From NCBI GenBank assembly GCA_016293435.1, contig JAEDEG010000001.1, forward strand, positions 1 to 61,123: a stretch of 61,123 nucleotides of DNA, in the 5' to 3' direction. A program made the position numbers and the translations under genes. The stretch comes from Clostridia bacterium. GTDB taxonomy: Bacteria > Bacillota > Clostridia > UMGS1810. How positions within the stretch are numbered: the stretch's first letter is position 1; every line of letters starts with the position of its first letter. The notes beneath the pieces are model-generated. The model was not told the origin of the DNA and did no database searches. It saw nothing but the letters and a program-made list of their open reading frames with translations. This document shows positions 9,907 through 20,904 of this stretch, in pieces.

Positions 9907-11997
9907 TTATTTCGCTGATGCAGTCAAAGGTTTGAGTGTTACCAAATCATTCCACAGGAATGCTTTAAATGTTGTACCGCCCTTTGCATCAGAGATGGTA
10001 TAGCTTAAAGGATTTTTACCCACAGATAGAGATACTTCTGTTGATTCTATAGCGGTTACAATGTCTCCGTTGTACGCTGCTACTATCAGTAAAGCGCTGT
10101 TACCAAAGCAAGAATCGCTTGCTGCTTTAGTCAAAAGTGCCGTAGCTGTTCCATTTACAACCGCAAAGTCTGAAACGGCATCTTCACGGTCATTTAAGGT
10201 AGTAAAGCAAACCTCAAACGGTTTCGCATAATTTACACCACTCGCCTTTAGACCACTCAAAAGAAGCTTATACTCTTTGCTGCCCTTCAACTCACCGGTA
10301 AGGTTCACGGTAATATTAGTACCGCTAACAGCAGCTGAAGCACCAACGCTTTCTCCGCCGTCTGTCGATTCCAATGTTGCAGTAACCTCAGAGGAGTCCA
10401 ACGTACCGTCCATTGCGATGGTAAAGCTATCGGCATAAGAGGAAACCTTTCCATCCGTCCAATCCGCCTTTGCTACCGTGGTGCTATCCTCTGTGTAGCT
10501 GATCGAAGAAAAAGACGGATATCCCTTGGTATAAGTGTATTTTATATCTGAAATCGTAGCATAATCTTCAACATCATTTGTCACCAAATGCATAAATAAA
10601 TCTGTAAGGCTCGTCAAAGCAACCTCATTGTTTGACATTCTTTGACCATTAATCCAATAGCGACACAAAGCCTTGCCGGCAGAGGCCTCATCAAAGTTGA
10701 TTTCAAAGCTCAAATTATAAGGTTGATTTGCAACACAACTGAGACCACCTCTTAATTGACCGTTCTTTAAGAGGTATCCTGTATTGCTTTCTGTTATTGG
10801 TGTGGCACTGCCGCTTTTTCCATTAAAATATGCTGTCATGCTGGTTGGGTCGGAAAAAGCAATCTTCATATCCAGCTGCAGTTTACCGTCCGTAATCGCA
10901 CTGCTGTTGTTTAACCACAATCTGTGAGCATGGGCAGTTGTTCTTCCATCGGGGTAAAAGAGCTTTAGAACACCGTTATCAATCGAAGCATTTGTATCGC
11001 CTACAATATAGAGATTTGCTCCATTGCCTGCAAGCATATCTGTTTGGCTCGGCACAGAACTTGTTGTAATTCCGTTAATCATTGTTTTCGTACTAATAGC
11101 GCCGAAATTTAGCTCCTTCTTGCTCGTCAAAACAGTTCCGTCCTCATACGTTGCCGTAACAGCCAACTCATGGATTCCGTAATTATATGAGGACACATCC
11201 ACATTTGATACAGAAAAATCCGCTTCCGTAACCGTGCCAATGTTTATTCCATCTAAGGTTACCTCTGCCTCGGTAAAGCCTGCCGGCACCGACCCGGAAA
11301 CCGTCAACGGCACTGAGCCGTTGACCAACACTCCATCTTCAGGAGCAGTAATATCCAGTGATGCCAATCTCACGTTATCCAGATGAATGGTCGCCGCGCA
11401 CAGCGGATGGAAACACACGGCAGACACACCATTAAGGTCGGTGTATCCAAACGTACGGGTATCCGCCGTCACAGTCTCTTTCGTCTCTTTGTCTGTCAAA
11501 TTGTATGTAAACTTACCTGTGGTACAATCCACAACGGTTCTCACCGTGTACCATTTCCCTGCATCCCATGAAGCAGAACCGGCTTTGCCATCTGTAGAGA
11601 AAAGATTCATGGACTTACGCCAATGGCCATTTTTGTCTTTTACAGTTACCGCAAGCACACCGTTTGAACTGTCGGTATACTCATAGCCATCTTCAATCAT
11701 CACATCATACGAAATCACAAAAGAGCCTTTCGTTGCTACCGTTTGATTAAAGCGCAAATTGTAAGTGTTTCCATTATCCAAGCCATCTTTTGCATCGGAA
11801 ACAATGGTTGCCACACCATTCTCCAGAGTTCTTGAAACTGTGCCTGTTAATGGTTGTGAACCACTTTCCACCACTTCTGCAGGCCAATCCAAAAGACCGT
11901 CAAAGTCAAATGTTGCCGTTGCAGCTAACACAGCCGGAATCGACAGCATGGACAAAACCATGAACCATGCTAAAACAGTTGCCAAAATTTTTTTCAT
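9907..11997 (-). CDS. Secreted 696 aa LamG-like/Ig-like repeat protein, no recognisable catalytic domain (protein E)
   Basis: The start is trimmed to the ATG at 11997 (MKKILATVLAWFMVLSMLSIPAVLA signal peptide), preceded by AAGGTGGA. A LamG-like module ends in ATIHLDNVRLASL. Ig-like segments follow, then a C-terminal module shared with proteins D and F (LLIVAAYNGD...FKAFLWNDLVTLKPL). Confidence 0.7.
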   Translation of the reverse strand: MKKILATVLAWFMVLSMLSIPAVLAATATFDFDGLLDWPAEVVESGSQPLTGTVSRTLENGVATIVSDAKDGLDNGNTYNLRFNQTVATKGSFVISYDVMIEDGYEYTDSSNGVLAVTVKDKNGHWRKSMNLFSTDGKAGSASWDAGKWYTVRTVVDCTTGKFTYNLTDKETKETVTADTRTFGYTDLNGVSAVCFHPLCAATIHLDNVRLASLDITAPEDGVLVNGSVPLTVSGSVPAGFTEAEVTLDGINIGTVTEADFSVSNVDVSSYNYGIHELAVTATYEDGTVLTSKKELNFGAISTKTMINGITTSSVPSQTDMLAGNGANLYIVGDTNASIDNGVLKLFYPDGRTTAHAHRLWLNNSSAITDGKLQLDMKIAFSDPTSMTAYFNGKSGSATPITESNTGYLLKNGQLRGGLSCVANQPYNLSFEINFDEASAGKALCRYWINGQRMSNNEVALTSLTDLFMHLVTNDVEDYATISDIKYTYTKGYPSFSSISYTEDSTTVAKADWTDGKVSSYADSFTIAMDGTLDSSEVTATLESTDGGESVGASAAVSGTNITVNLTGELKGSKEYKLLLSGLKASGVNYAKPFEVCFTTLNDREDAVSDFAVVNGTATALLTKAASDSCFGNSALLIVAAYNGDIVTAIESTEVSLSVGKNPLSYTISDAKGGTTFKAFLWNDLVTLKPLTASAK

Positions 11998-12089
11998 AAA
12001 AATTTCCACCTTTCCATTTTTAAAATTTATTTCTCTTTGTATTGCTTTTGCAAATTTTCTCCCAACCGCCACATATTTAGGTGAGCTTT

Positions 12090-13730
12090 TCAATTGTTTA
12101 ACTTATATGCTTTGGTAAGTGCTTTGCGTTCAGCTAAAGAATTCAGAATATAACATTCTACCGAAAAACTCTCTGCATATCGTTCGTCTGATGGTATCAT
12201 CACACTAAGTGACTGTGGAGTACTTTCGGAGTGTGCATCTGCAGAAATCTCTGCCGCAGTAATTGCACAAAGGCGAGTGCCGCAATATATTGCTGCAACA
12301 GCCACTGCAGTTTGTGCCTGCAGCGAACGATTGCTTAATGTGATTACAGCATCAACAACATCGCCTCTTTTTAGTTGCCTTGCCGAAACACAATTACTGC
12401 CGTTTTTCATATAAGTTACATTTTTTAAACCTATTTCCTCTGTATTTACCGTAAAACGTTTTTCATACTTTACAATCTCCTGTGTATCCGGAAAACGAAT
12501 ACCCATTTGCACAACAATTTCTCCATCAGGTAAATTTTCTGCAAACTCTATCACCGCTGCACCTGCACTGTCTAACCGCGAAGATGAAACCGCAAGTTCT
12601 TTGCCGTCTGCAAATACAGAAAGTTCACTTATGTCTGTGCTTACCGCCGCAGGAGAAATACTTTCAAGCTTTATTACTCTGGCGGGCTCCGAAATTACAT
12701 TTGTATCTGCCGAAACAAAGCTTTCATCCGACGCCTTATATTTCAAGGTGTTATAGCCACTTAAAACATCTGTTTGAGTAAGTACTACATTATCTAAATA
12801 AAAGCCTTGTGCATCGGTGTATGCATCCGTAACGTAGTATTCAAATTTTATCTGTGTGAGATTATTAGCATTGGCATGTGCCTCGATATTGTTTTTGGTT
12901 GATACCGGTTCATTATTTACATATACACTTTCTCGCTTTGTATAGGTGTTGAGAACCTGCTTTACATGCATCCATTCGCCCTTAAGATACGGAATCGATG
13001 TACCGTGATAGAATCCTCCTCTCGAGAACAAATATTGCCCTCCAAAATATCCGAAAGTACCTGACGAGTTTTTTGTTTCAATATCTACACGACCCGGATT
13101 CAGAATTTTTATATCATATTCCAATTCAATAACACCCGAAAGCGCATCAAATTGCTTCATTATGAAGAAACCGTCTTTTGCTCCATTTACTGTAATATTT
13201 CTCAATGTCGGATTTTCTGCAATCACCCTACCTATGGAGCCGTTTTCATCTCCGTCCTTCCCTTCTCCCATAACCGTGCGAATATAAACATCAGTGCCAT
13301 CGGCTGCCGTTCCGACCTTTTTGTCAGGCTCCACAGTCCATCCATCGTTTGCACCATTCGTAAATGTTTCATTTACAATTGGTTTTGCGAGACTTTTTTG
13401 AATTGAAAATTTACTCTCTGCTACTGCAGAGGAGCCTTCGTCAAACACAACAACCGAAACTGTATGTTCACCAATGCGCAGAGTATCGGCAATTGAAACG
13501 CTATTTTCGCCCTCTGAGGTTAAAAATGCAATTTCCTCTCCATCTAACTTAACTATTGCCTGCGCACCAACCGGCGCACTAAACTCTATACTGCTAAGGC
13601 TCACATCACATATCGACCCATTTACAGGAGACAGAATTTCTACATTTATCTCTGCGCTGACAGGAAAACAAAAAAGACTTAAAATCACTGCAAAAACAAC
13701 AAGCATAGAAGTAACTTTTTTCCAATTCAT
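12090..13730 (-). CDS. Secreted 546 aa Ig-like/LamG-like protein, no recognisable catalytic domain (protein D)
   Basis: Signal peptide MNWKKVTSMLVVFAVILSLFCFPVSA. A LamG-like module ends in QGFYLDNVVLTQT. The C-terminal module (AVAVAAIYCGTRL...SVECYILNSL) is related to the C-termini of proteins E and F. Confidence 0.7.
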   Translation of the reverse strand: MNWKKVTSMLVVFAVILSLFCFPVSAEINVEILSPVNGSICDVSLSSIEFSAPVGAQAIVKLDGEEIAFLTSEGENSVSIADTLRIGEHTVSVVVFDEGSSAVAESKFSIQKSLAKPIVNETFTNGANDGWTVEPDKKVGTAADGTDVYIRTVMGEGKDGDENGSIGRVIAENPTLRNITVNGAKDGFFIMKQFDALSGVIELEYDIKILNPGRVDIETKNSSGTFGYFGGQYLFSRGGFYHGTSIPYLKGEWMHVKQVLNTYTKRESVYVNNEPVSTKNNIEAHANANNLTQIKFEYYVTDAYTDAQGFYLDNVVLTQTDVLSGYNTLKYKASDESFVSADTNVISEPARVIKLESISPAAVSTDISELSVFADGKELAVSSSRLDSAGAAVIEFAENLPDGEIVVQMGIRFPDTQEIVKYEKRFTVNTEEIGLKNVTYMKNGSNCVSARQLKRGDVVDAVITLSNRSLQAQTAVAVAAIYCGTRLCAITAAEISADAHSESTPQSLSVMIPSDERYAESFSVECYILNSLAERKALTKAYKLNN

Positions 13731-13796
13731 AGTTTCAATACCTTTCTGTTTAAAGTTTTTCTGCTACGAAGCTGCACTCCGCAGCAGTTGTTTTTT

Positions 13797-16700
13797 CTAT
13801 TCCTGAAATACCCGAAAATCTCCAATACTTGTATAAGCAGAGCCTTGTGTATTACCATTCCCGATTAAACGAATATATCTCGCCTTACCCGGAATTTTCA
13901 GCGACTCGTATCCGGCTGTTTCTCCCGTGGACTGACCAGAGAATACCTTTGTAAAGTTGATGCCGTCCATAGAATACAAAATATCATAGTTTGCCTTTCT
14001 CTCATTGCCGAGATAGAAGACAAGAGAAACCCCGTCAAATTCCAATACTTCACCCATATCAATTTCAAACCATGCTCCTATTTTGCCTTGTGCATAATAA
14101 GATTTCATGCTATCATCTGTCATGTTTTTAGGTCCATTGTCCATCTCGGGAATAGTCATTCCGTAAGCATGGACAGGAGCAATAAGTGTTCCCATCTGTC
14201 CCACCGTCGGAGTTACCGCAAAAATATTTTCGCGAATCGTAATCGGTCTTTCGCTAGATACATTGTAACTTACGACACAAACCACAGGCTTTTGACCGGC
14301 AACCACAAGTGTGATTTCAGTGTACTCGTCAAAATTCTGCGCCTGCTTTATAGTAACATTACCCATATCAGAGGTTGCCGTAATCTGCGGAATTTGCTTT
14401 GTGCCGTAGGGCAGATCTATAGTGTAGTTCCTCTTGCCCGGCATAAACCCGGAAATCAACTCCCCGTCTGCATAAATACCGCTGAATTTCGCCAGTTGCG
14501 GAAGTTCTCCGTCCGGAATTGTCCATTCGTCAATCGGCGTGTAAATAAGTGGTGTCTGCTCATATTTGCCGTTGTCGGGCGATAATTTGACCGCAATTAC
14601 AGCATCACCGCTGACCGATGGCGCATAAATAGTCAGCTTTCTAAAAGCTGCGTTTGAGCTCTGACCTGCAACCTTCGGTGAAGTCGGCAGTGGCTCGGCG
14701 GGCATATCCATTAATGTGTAGCCCTCTATGTTGCTGTAAACTTCAACAGTCAATGTTTGACCGCTGTTTGAAATCAGCTTTGCTTTGGTATTGCTTATAA
14801 TCTCGATTTCTGTCGCAGTATGCATGAACCAATACAGCTCTGTATTATCATTAACTGTCAACTCATCTTGTACAATCAGCGAATTTCTTTCGTCACCAAA
14901 ATAATATCCTCTGATGTACTTCGAAGCATCTCTTTGATATGCTTGTGTTAAATCAAATGCCGCAAAGGCCCCCATAGGATTATCTGTTTCTAACTTCGTG
15001 AGCGTACCCTGCACTCCAAGCTCCTGACCATAGTAGTTTTCTACATCTTCCTTTGGATTGAGCACAATACAGTTTTCGCCTTCGGGACGTTTCCTGTAAA
15101 TGTTGTAACCTTTGAGTCCGAAATAATTCGGAAGATTATAGCTGTCGGAACCTAAATCTCTTGCCCATATAACATTGTCCGATTCAAAAACAAACGAGCC
15201 AAGATCAAGCATGTCATGTGGCATATTTGTCCAACCTGCATGGAAACCAACGAAAGTCGGGTCAGATATTTCACGCGAATTGGTGAAGCCGCCGGTATCT
15301 ACACCGTAGAAATAATAATCCAACGGCAGCTGCGATATATCGGGAGTAACGCCGCGGTCGGTTACCGCCCTGCTATAGTAGAACATGGCACGTAGATTTA
15401 TTACATGGCCACCCAATGTTTTTTGTACTCTTGCTGCCTCTGCACTTATTGGGTCATTGTATCTCCAAGCAAAGAACTCACGAGACGGATCATTGATAAA
15501 TCCACCGCCATCATCGTGATACTGCATATGATAATCAGTGCTTTGCAAGTAGGTGAATGGGTCTCCTGCTTTTATAAAGCCCTTAGCATCACCAAGGCCG
15601 TAATCCGTTTTACAGCAATTAAATAATGCACCCAAAGCCATGACAAAATTTTCCAACATGTACTCCGAGTAGCTGACACCCTCATAATACCCACCATCGG
15701 GATAATATAACCCCACAGCAGTTTCCAACGATTTCATCAAATTTTCCATTAAATAATTGGTTTGAGGCTGCATATCTTCTTCGTCTGCCATCGCAAGCGT
15801 TAGCATTAATAGACCGCCGCCTATAACGCCCACAAAGTTGTCCTGCAAGGTAATCCAGTATGGACCGACACCTGTCTGATAGTCTGTAATCTGGTCGGCA
15901 AACGGTAAACGCAAGACCGCCTCACGAATCGTTTTCATCTTCTCTTTACCGTCATCAGTTGCCGTCATGTAATTGTAAAAGCTGTCATAGCCGATTGCCA
16001 TGCCTGCCGCCCAGTGTCCCGTTGTCAAATTGGCTGTTTCCCACGACATATCCTTCCATTGTGCCATTGCAAGCATCATTTCGACACCCTTTGCCGCATA
16101 GACGGGATCCTCTGTGATGAGGTATGCCTCCGCCAAGTCTTCAATTGCCGCTTGGAATGTAAAACGTGCTGCCCGTTGCTTTTCCGAAGCCTCCAATGTC
16201 GCAAAATAGGAATAATCCTCTTTTGCCCATTCATCTGCCTCTGCAATCAGCTCTTTGTATGCCCTTTTCCATTCAGGTGAAGATTGAATTTTGCCTTGAA
16301 TGTATTTAACATCATCTGATGTATAAAGAATACGCGGATGCTGTTTGTTCGGAAAATTATCGACAAGCGCCTTCGTCATTTGTGCACCGGTCGGATTGTC
16401 AAACTGCATGTATCTGTAGATTAAATCTATGGGGTGGAACAAAATATGCCTGTCAAGATAATGATATTCGCTCGTGTTTTCCAATTCATCGTCAGACAAC
16501 ACCACAAAACCTCTGTTATCCCATATCACTTTTTTCTTTAACAACTGCTCTGCCACTGCACGAAGCGGGAAATAGACAATGCCGTTTTCCTCGACAGGAG
16601 CAGGCTCTACTTTCATAGAACGTGAACCGACAGAAATCGTTCCCGCGACTTTATCATACACAAAGCTTTTTTTTGTGACCTCTTCTAAAAGTGTCTGCGG

Positions 16701-18224
16701 AATCATCAGACTTCCGCAGATGTTGCGCACTTTTTTCTTATCATCGGTTGGGATTATTTTCTTACCGTTTACATACATTGCATCATTTGTTGTCATAAAG
16801 ACGGTTCTGCCCTTCAAAGCCTCTCCCAGCTTATCCTTTGGATCCATAACGGAGTAGTCGTTGAAGCCGGAGTTATCATCATCTCCGACATTATCTGACA
16901 CAAATAGCGAATCATCCTGAAGCGTTTTACCGGTATAAATTCTAATCCAGTCAAACGAAACATCAAAATTACTTCCTGCTTGATTTAAAACGTCTACACG
17001 AAAGGTCACCGGATAGTTGTCCGTAGGAACCGCGTGTAAAGCCGCAAATTCACCATTTATATATACCTCTGCTTTTCCTGCAGGAATGTTATATACAAAG
17101 GAAAGTCGCACCCATTCGTCCTTTGGTATGCTGCCTATACTCTTGCCTGCGCCATGGGATGAGATTGAACCACCCGTGGAAATATCGTAGCCCAGCCGCC
17201 ACTTTGAGTTCATGTCCTTGGCGTCGAGAATACCAATGCTTGCATTGCCCGTTAAGCTGTTGATTTTAAAACGGACATCGTACACATATTTCATGCATTC
17301 GCGTAAATCGTTGTTAACTACATCAAAAAATCCGCCGCCCACAACCTTTTCGTCCGCCACTACACGAAGACAACCGTTTCTATCATTATCTGATTCCCAT
17401 TTAAAAACGGCACCTTTTGGAGAAGCTTCGCCGTTGTGAGTTGAATGTGTTTTAACCATAGCAATGGAATCATCAAACTCCATATCCGTCAAAATCTTTA
17501 CGGAACTATCTATGCTCTGGGTCGGGGTAAACTCCAGCACTTCGTTGTTGACCGTTTCTGCCGGAAACGTACGCTGCCACGGAAGATCTTCACCTTCATA
17601 AACGCGGATGTTATCTACATAAATATCTGTTTCTGTTTCACCGTCATCAATCTGAAATTCAACCGTTTGCGGATGCATCCAAAAGCCGTTCGGCAAAAAC
17701 CAATTGCGCACAATACATCTTTTGTCAATGTACACATCATAAACCTGTTGCTCCCAATCTACCACAATCGTATAGGTCCTGTAAATTCCGTCCGGTACCG
17801 TACCAACGATTTTTCCATCTGATAAACGCATGCTTCTATCTTCATTCAAAGTAAGCAACGCCAGCTTCTTCTCACCTGAAATCATATTAAAAAGCTTCCC
17901 GGAAAACTCTTTACCCGTCATTTTAATTTTTGCACTAAATACACTTTTCGTAGGCTCTGCACTTGGGAGCGTCAAGCTGAAAATAACCGGATCTCCCCAC
18001 GCTCTCGAAAAGAACACTTTATTTCCGTTCTCGTCAAGCACTCTTGTATCCAAACCTGTGGATGCCGTAAAATTTTTAATTTTAGCACTGTTGGCAGGAT
18101 AGGATGAAAATTCTTCAGAATACCAAACCTCTCCCAAATCCGCCACTGCGAAAACAGGAACGGACGAAAATAACATCAAGACAGATAACAGCACTGCAAT
18201 CCATTGTTTTTTCATGCTACGCAC
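13797..18224 (-). CDS. Secreted 1475 aa heparinase II/III-fold multidomain protein with C-terminal F5/8 type C (discoidin) domain, paralog C
   Basis: Signal peptide present. Two LamG-like modules end in TDIYVDNIRVYEG and FDVSFDWIRIYTG. A copper-amine-oxidase-N-like segment includes VYFPLRAVAEQL. Lyase-fold blocks are colinear with paralog F: HPRILYTSDDV, LTTGHWAAGMAIGYDSFYNY, YPDGGYYEGVSYSEYMLEN, FVGFHAGWTNMPHDMLDLGSFVFESDN and YRKRPEGENCIVLNP. A cadherin-like beta-sandwich segment follows, then a C-terminal discoidin-like block AWFEIDMGEVLEFDGVSLVF...YIRLIGNGN. Confidence 0.75.
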   Translation of the reverse strand: MRSMKKQWIAVLLSVLMLFSSVPVFAVADLGEVWYSEEFSSYPANSAKIKNFTASTGLDTRVLDENGNKVFFSRAWGDPVIFSLTLPSAEPTKSVFSAKIKMTGKEFSGKLFNMISGEKKLALLTLNEDRSMRLSDGKIVGTVPDGIYRTYTIVVDWEQQVYDVYIDKRCIVRNWFLPNGFWMHPQTVEFQIDDGETETDIYVDNIRVYEGEDLPWQRTFPAETVNNEVLEFTPTQSIDSSVKILTDMEFDDSIAMVKTHSTHNGEASPKGAVFKWESDNDRNGCLRVVADEKVVGGGFFDVVNNDLRECMKYVYDVRFKINSLTGNASIGILDAKDMNSKWRLGYDISTGGSISSHGAGKSIGSIPKDEWVRLSFVYNIPAGKAEVYINGEFAALHAVPTDNYPVTFRVDVLNQAGSNFDVSFDWIRIYTGKTLQDDSLFVSDNVGDDDNSGFNDYSVMDPKDKLGEALKGRTVFMTTNDAMYVNGKKIIPTDDKKKVRNICGSLMIPQTLLEEVTKKSFVYDKVAGTISVGSRSMKVEPAPVEENGIVYFPLRAVAEQLLKKKVIWDNRGFVVLSDDELENTSEYHYLDRHILFHPIDLIYRYMQFDNPTGAQMTKALVDNFPNKQHPRILYTSDDVKYIQGKIQSSPEWKRAYKELIAEADEWAKEDYSYFATLEASEKQRAARFTFQAAIEDLAEAYLITEDPVYAAKGVEMMLAMAQWKDMSWETANLTTGHWAAGMAIGYDSFYNYMTATDDGKEKMKTIREAVLRLPFADQITDYQTGVGPYWITLQDNFVGVIGGGLLMLTLAMADEEDMQPQTNYLMENLMKSLETAVGLYYPDGGYYEGVSYSEYMLENFVMALGALFNCCKTDYGLGDAKGFIKAGDPFTYLQSTDYHMQYHDDGGGFINDPSREFFAWRYNDPISAEAARVQKTLGGHVINLRAMFYYSRAVTDRGVTPDISQLPLDYYFYGVDTGGFTNSREISDPTFVGFHAGWTNMPHDMLDLGSFVFESDNVIWARDLGSDSYNLPNYFGLKGYNIYRKRPEGENCIVLNPKEDVENYYGQELGVQGTLTKLETDNPMGAFAAFDLTQAYQRDASKYIRGYYFGDERNSLIVQDELTVNDNTELYWFMHTATEIEIISNTKAKLISNSGQTLTVEVYSNIEGYTLMDMPAEPLPTSPKVAGQSSNAAFRKLTIYAPSVSGDAVIAVKLSPDNGKYEQTPLIYTPIDEWTIPDGELPQLAKFSGIYADGELISGFMPGKRNYTIDLPYGTKQIPQITATSDMGNVTIKQAQNFDEYTEITLVVAGQKPVVCVVSYNVSSERPITIRENIFAVTPTVGQMGTLIAPVHAYGMTIPEMDNGPKNMTDDSMKSYYAQGKIGAWFEIDMGEVLEFDGVSLVFYLGNERKANYDILYSMDGINFTKVFSGQSTGETAGYESLKIPGKARYIRLIGNGNTQGSAYTSIGDFRVFQE

Positions 18225-18228
18225 CTCC

Positions 18229-20886
18229 TTATTCGTAAATAAATATCTGTTGAATACCGTGTGAATAAGATTTTAGCACAATATTTGACGCATTTTCTTT
18301 TCCCACATAAAGCGCATCAACCAGCATACTCTTTTTACCTTGATGTATGGTTTTTCTCTCTGTGTTATATACCGCAATCGTCATGCTTGAATTCATGGCA
18401 AAGGGCGCAATGTTATCGATGATAGGGTCAGAATAGCCGGAGTTAAACCCCGCCGCTTGGTCTACAATAAGACTTAGCGTGTTGTCACTGTGAACAAATA
18501 CTCTGCCACGATAGCAAGAATCGTCCACCTGTCCCGTTTTTGGTGCATTTGAAGTAATAATTGCAATTTTTTGACTATCGTCGTATTTTGCGTCAATAAC
18601 CAAGGATTTGATATAACCGTTTCCATCTACCGTCATGCGGATAATATCACCCGATGAGGGAACCATATTTGTTTTAAATAGCTCATCATACATATCCATA
18701 TCAATTTTATATTTAAAGAAGGTTCCTCTGCACCAAAGAATGATATTATATATTTCTTCACCGTCTTCGCTAATTCCTTTGGAAAGCCCCTCTACCAGTG
18801 ATTGGTTTTCTTTTACGCTCACAGTTGATGCATCACCGACCGTATCATAGATAACCACAACCCTCGGCTGCATATATTTGTTCATGTCATAGGCATCGAT
18901 GGTATATCTGCCGTAAGACTCCAAGGAATCACTCCCAATCACTTCAAACAAATCTTCGTCCAATTTATCTGTTGTTCCTTGCAATATTTGAACGGGGATT
19001 CGGAACATAATCGTTTGACCGCCTTTTATTGCATGAGGTGAAAACACTTGATTCCCCGAATGCCAATAGGATTTGGTACCTGATAAAAAGCGTGTCAAAG
19101 AGTCATTTCCATAGTTGATTCCGCTGTATTTTTCTTCTATCGGTAAGTCAGCCACATCTAATGCTGTATCGATTTTTGAAAGTTTGCCCTCTTCATCTGT
19201 CTCATAGCGTAGCAACTGATATCTCGGTAAATTTCCGTTGGCGAGTGCCGAATCAAATTTATCGTCGTCACTTTTTAATCTTTCTCCGTTTAACATTACT
19301 TTTTCACCAAAATCAAGTGTCAATAGCTTGCCGCTCTCACTCAACAGCTTTATACGAACATCATTCGAAAGTCCGTTTACTATCTTTCCATAGTTAATAA
19401 GATATCCATATTTTAAAATACTGTCGGACTCAGAAGAAAACGAGCAGATTGTGCCGTCCGGAGCTACTAAAAAATTGCATTCCGCACCAAGCACCAGCCG
19501 GCTTTGTTCCGAAAAATAGCCGTTTAATTTGTACGATACTCCACCAACAACTATTTCGTCCTCTTGTTTTTGTTCCAATACACCGTTAACCTGAGTATTC
19601 GAAACCACCGCTTCTACATATTTTCCGTCATCACTTGCATATACCATCAAAACAGAATCTGCTGAAAGATTATGTAATTTAATCTCTTTTTTTTCACCGT
19701 CACAGAGAGTGTACCAATAACCGTTTTCGCGCTGCATGATAACACTATTGCCACCGTTTTTACTATCGTAAACAATACCTTCGCTCTGATTAACCGAGGC
19801 AACAACCATATATATGGCAGGTTTTGCATATACAACATCAAATTTGCCATCAAAATCATTATCGATTAATGTTAGCTCACCTGCATCGAATTTAAAATCG
19901 CTCTCCGTCGGCACCGCATTTCTGCCATTTCTTACAAAGGTAAAAGCACTGCTAATTTTAAATTTTTTCTCTTGTTTTGCATCTTCATCATATACCGTAA
20001 GAACGCTATTTTTAAAGCTTTCTACATAATTTCCTTTCACTGTAACCGATTCATTTCTCGGCTCAACATATATGTGCTTTATTTCTTCATGTTTATCATA
20101 CCAACCTATCACACGATATCCTAAATACCGCTCCACTTCTGTCAGTTCGGTCGTAAAACTCTTTCCCCCAATGGTGATTTTTGAACTGTCACATACCTCA
20201 TCGGGAACCATAGTTGTATATCCGGCCGTTTTTAAAACACCGATGATCTTTTTCAAATTGTATTTCTCATTTAACAGAGAAATACCCGTGTCACGAACCT
20301 CAGAAATTCTGTCGTTATTTATTGAAACAACACGACACATATCTGCATTTAACATATTGTATATTAAAATAACTGCATCGTAATAACTTAGTTTGCATTC
20401 ATAATCCACGGAACGATTCTCTAACAAATCAAGTTCTCTCGCTGTAAATATGTAACCTGTCGGATATCCACCTTTTGCTATTGCAAATCTGTCATAGCCA
20501 AGTGCAGAAACAGTCATTTTCAAGGCAGGTATAAGCTCTATCGAATCATTGGGACGAAATACAGAATTTCCCGTACCGGTAACAATGCCCAGTGCCGCAG
20601 CAGTTGAAATTGACTGTGCATAGGGTGTTGATTTCTCTACATCAGAAAAACTTGTTTTCCATTCTCCTTCAGGCAACGCAAGCGCCCGTACAACCATATC
20701 TGTAAACTCGGCACGAGTAACTGCCTCTGCTGCATCATGCGTACCGGAAACAATGCCTAAAGAGGTAAGAAAACCGTACACACTCTCATATTGCGAATCT
20801 GTTTTCAAACTCTCCTCAGCATAAGCTATACCGAGGGATGACATTGCAACAAGCACCACTATCAAAAAAAACAAGCATTTTTTCAT
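18229..20886 (-). CDS. Secreted 885 aa protein with N-terminal SLH repeats and a long beta-rich region of unknown function (protein B)
   Basis: Signal peptide MKKCLFFLIVVLVAMSSLGIAYA. SLH-like repeats include FSDVEKSTPYAQSISTAAALGIVTGTGNSVFRPNDSIELIPALKM. The stop overlaps the AAGGAGGTG RBS of gene C, leaving a 4 nt gap. Confidence 0.7.
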   Translation of the reverse strand: MKKCLFFLIVVLVAMSSLGIAYAEESLKTDSQYESVYGFLTSLGIVSGTHDAAEAVTRAEFTDMVVRALALPEGEWKTSFSDVEKSTPYAQSISTAAALGIVTGTGNSVFRPNDSIELIPALKMTVSALGYDRFAIAKGGYPTGYIFTARELDLLENRSVDYECKLSYYDAVILIYNMLNADMCRVVSINNDRISEVRDTGISLLNEKYNLKKIIGVLKTAGYTTMVPDEVCDSSKITIGGKSFTTELTEVERYLGYRVIGWYDKHEEIKHIYVEPRNESVTVKGNYVESFKNSVLTVYDEDAKQEKKFKISSAFTFVRNGRNAVPTESDFKFDAGELTLIDNDFDGKFDVVYAKPAIYMVVASVNQSEGIVYDSKNGGNSVIMQRENGYWYTLCDGEKKEIKLHNLSADSVLMVYASDDGKYVEAVVSNTQVNGVLEQKQEDEIVVGGVSYKLNGYFSEQSRLVLGAECNFLVAPDGTICSFSSESDSILKYGYLINYGKIVNGLSNDVRIKLLSESGKLLTLDFGEKVMLNGERLKSDDDKFDSALANGNLPRYQLLRYETDEEGKLSKIDTALDVADLPIEEKYSGINYGNDSLTRFLSGTKSYWHSGNQVFSPHAIKGGQTIMFRIPVQILQGTTDKLDEDLFEVIGSDSLESYGRYTIDAYDMNKYMQPRVVVIYDTVGDASTVSVKENQSLVEGLSKGISEDGEEIYNIILWCRGTFFKYKIDMDMYDELFKTNMVPSSGDIIRMTVDGNGYIKSLVIDAKYDDSQKIAIITSNAPKTGQVDDSCYRGRVFVHSDNTLSLIVDQAAGFNSGYSDPIIDNIAPFAMNSSMTIAVYNTERKTIHQGKKSMLVDALYVGKENASNIVLKSYSHGIQQIFIYE

Positions 20887-20904
20887 GTTAAATTCACTCC
20901 TTCT

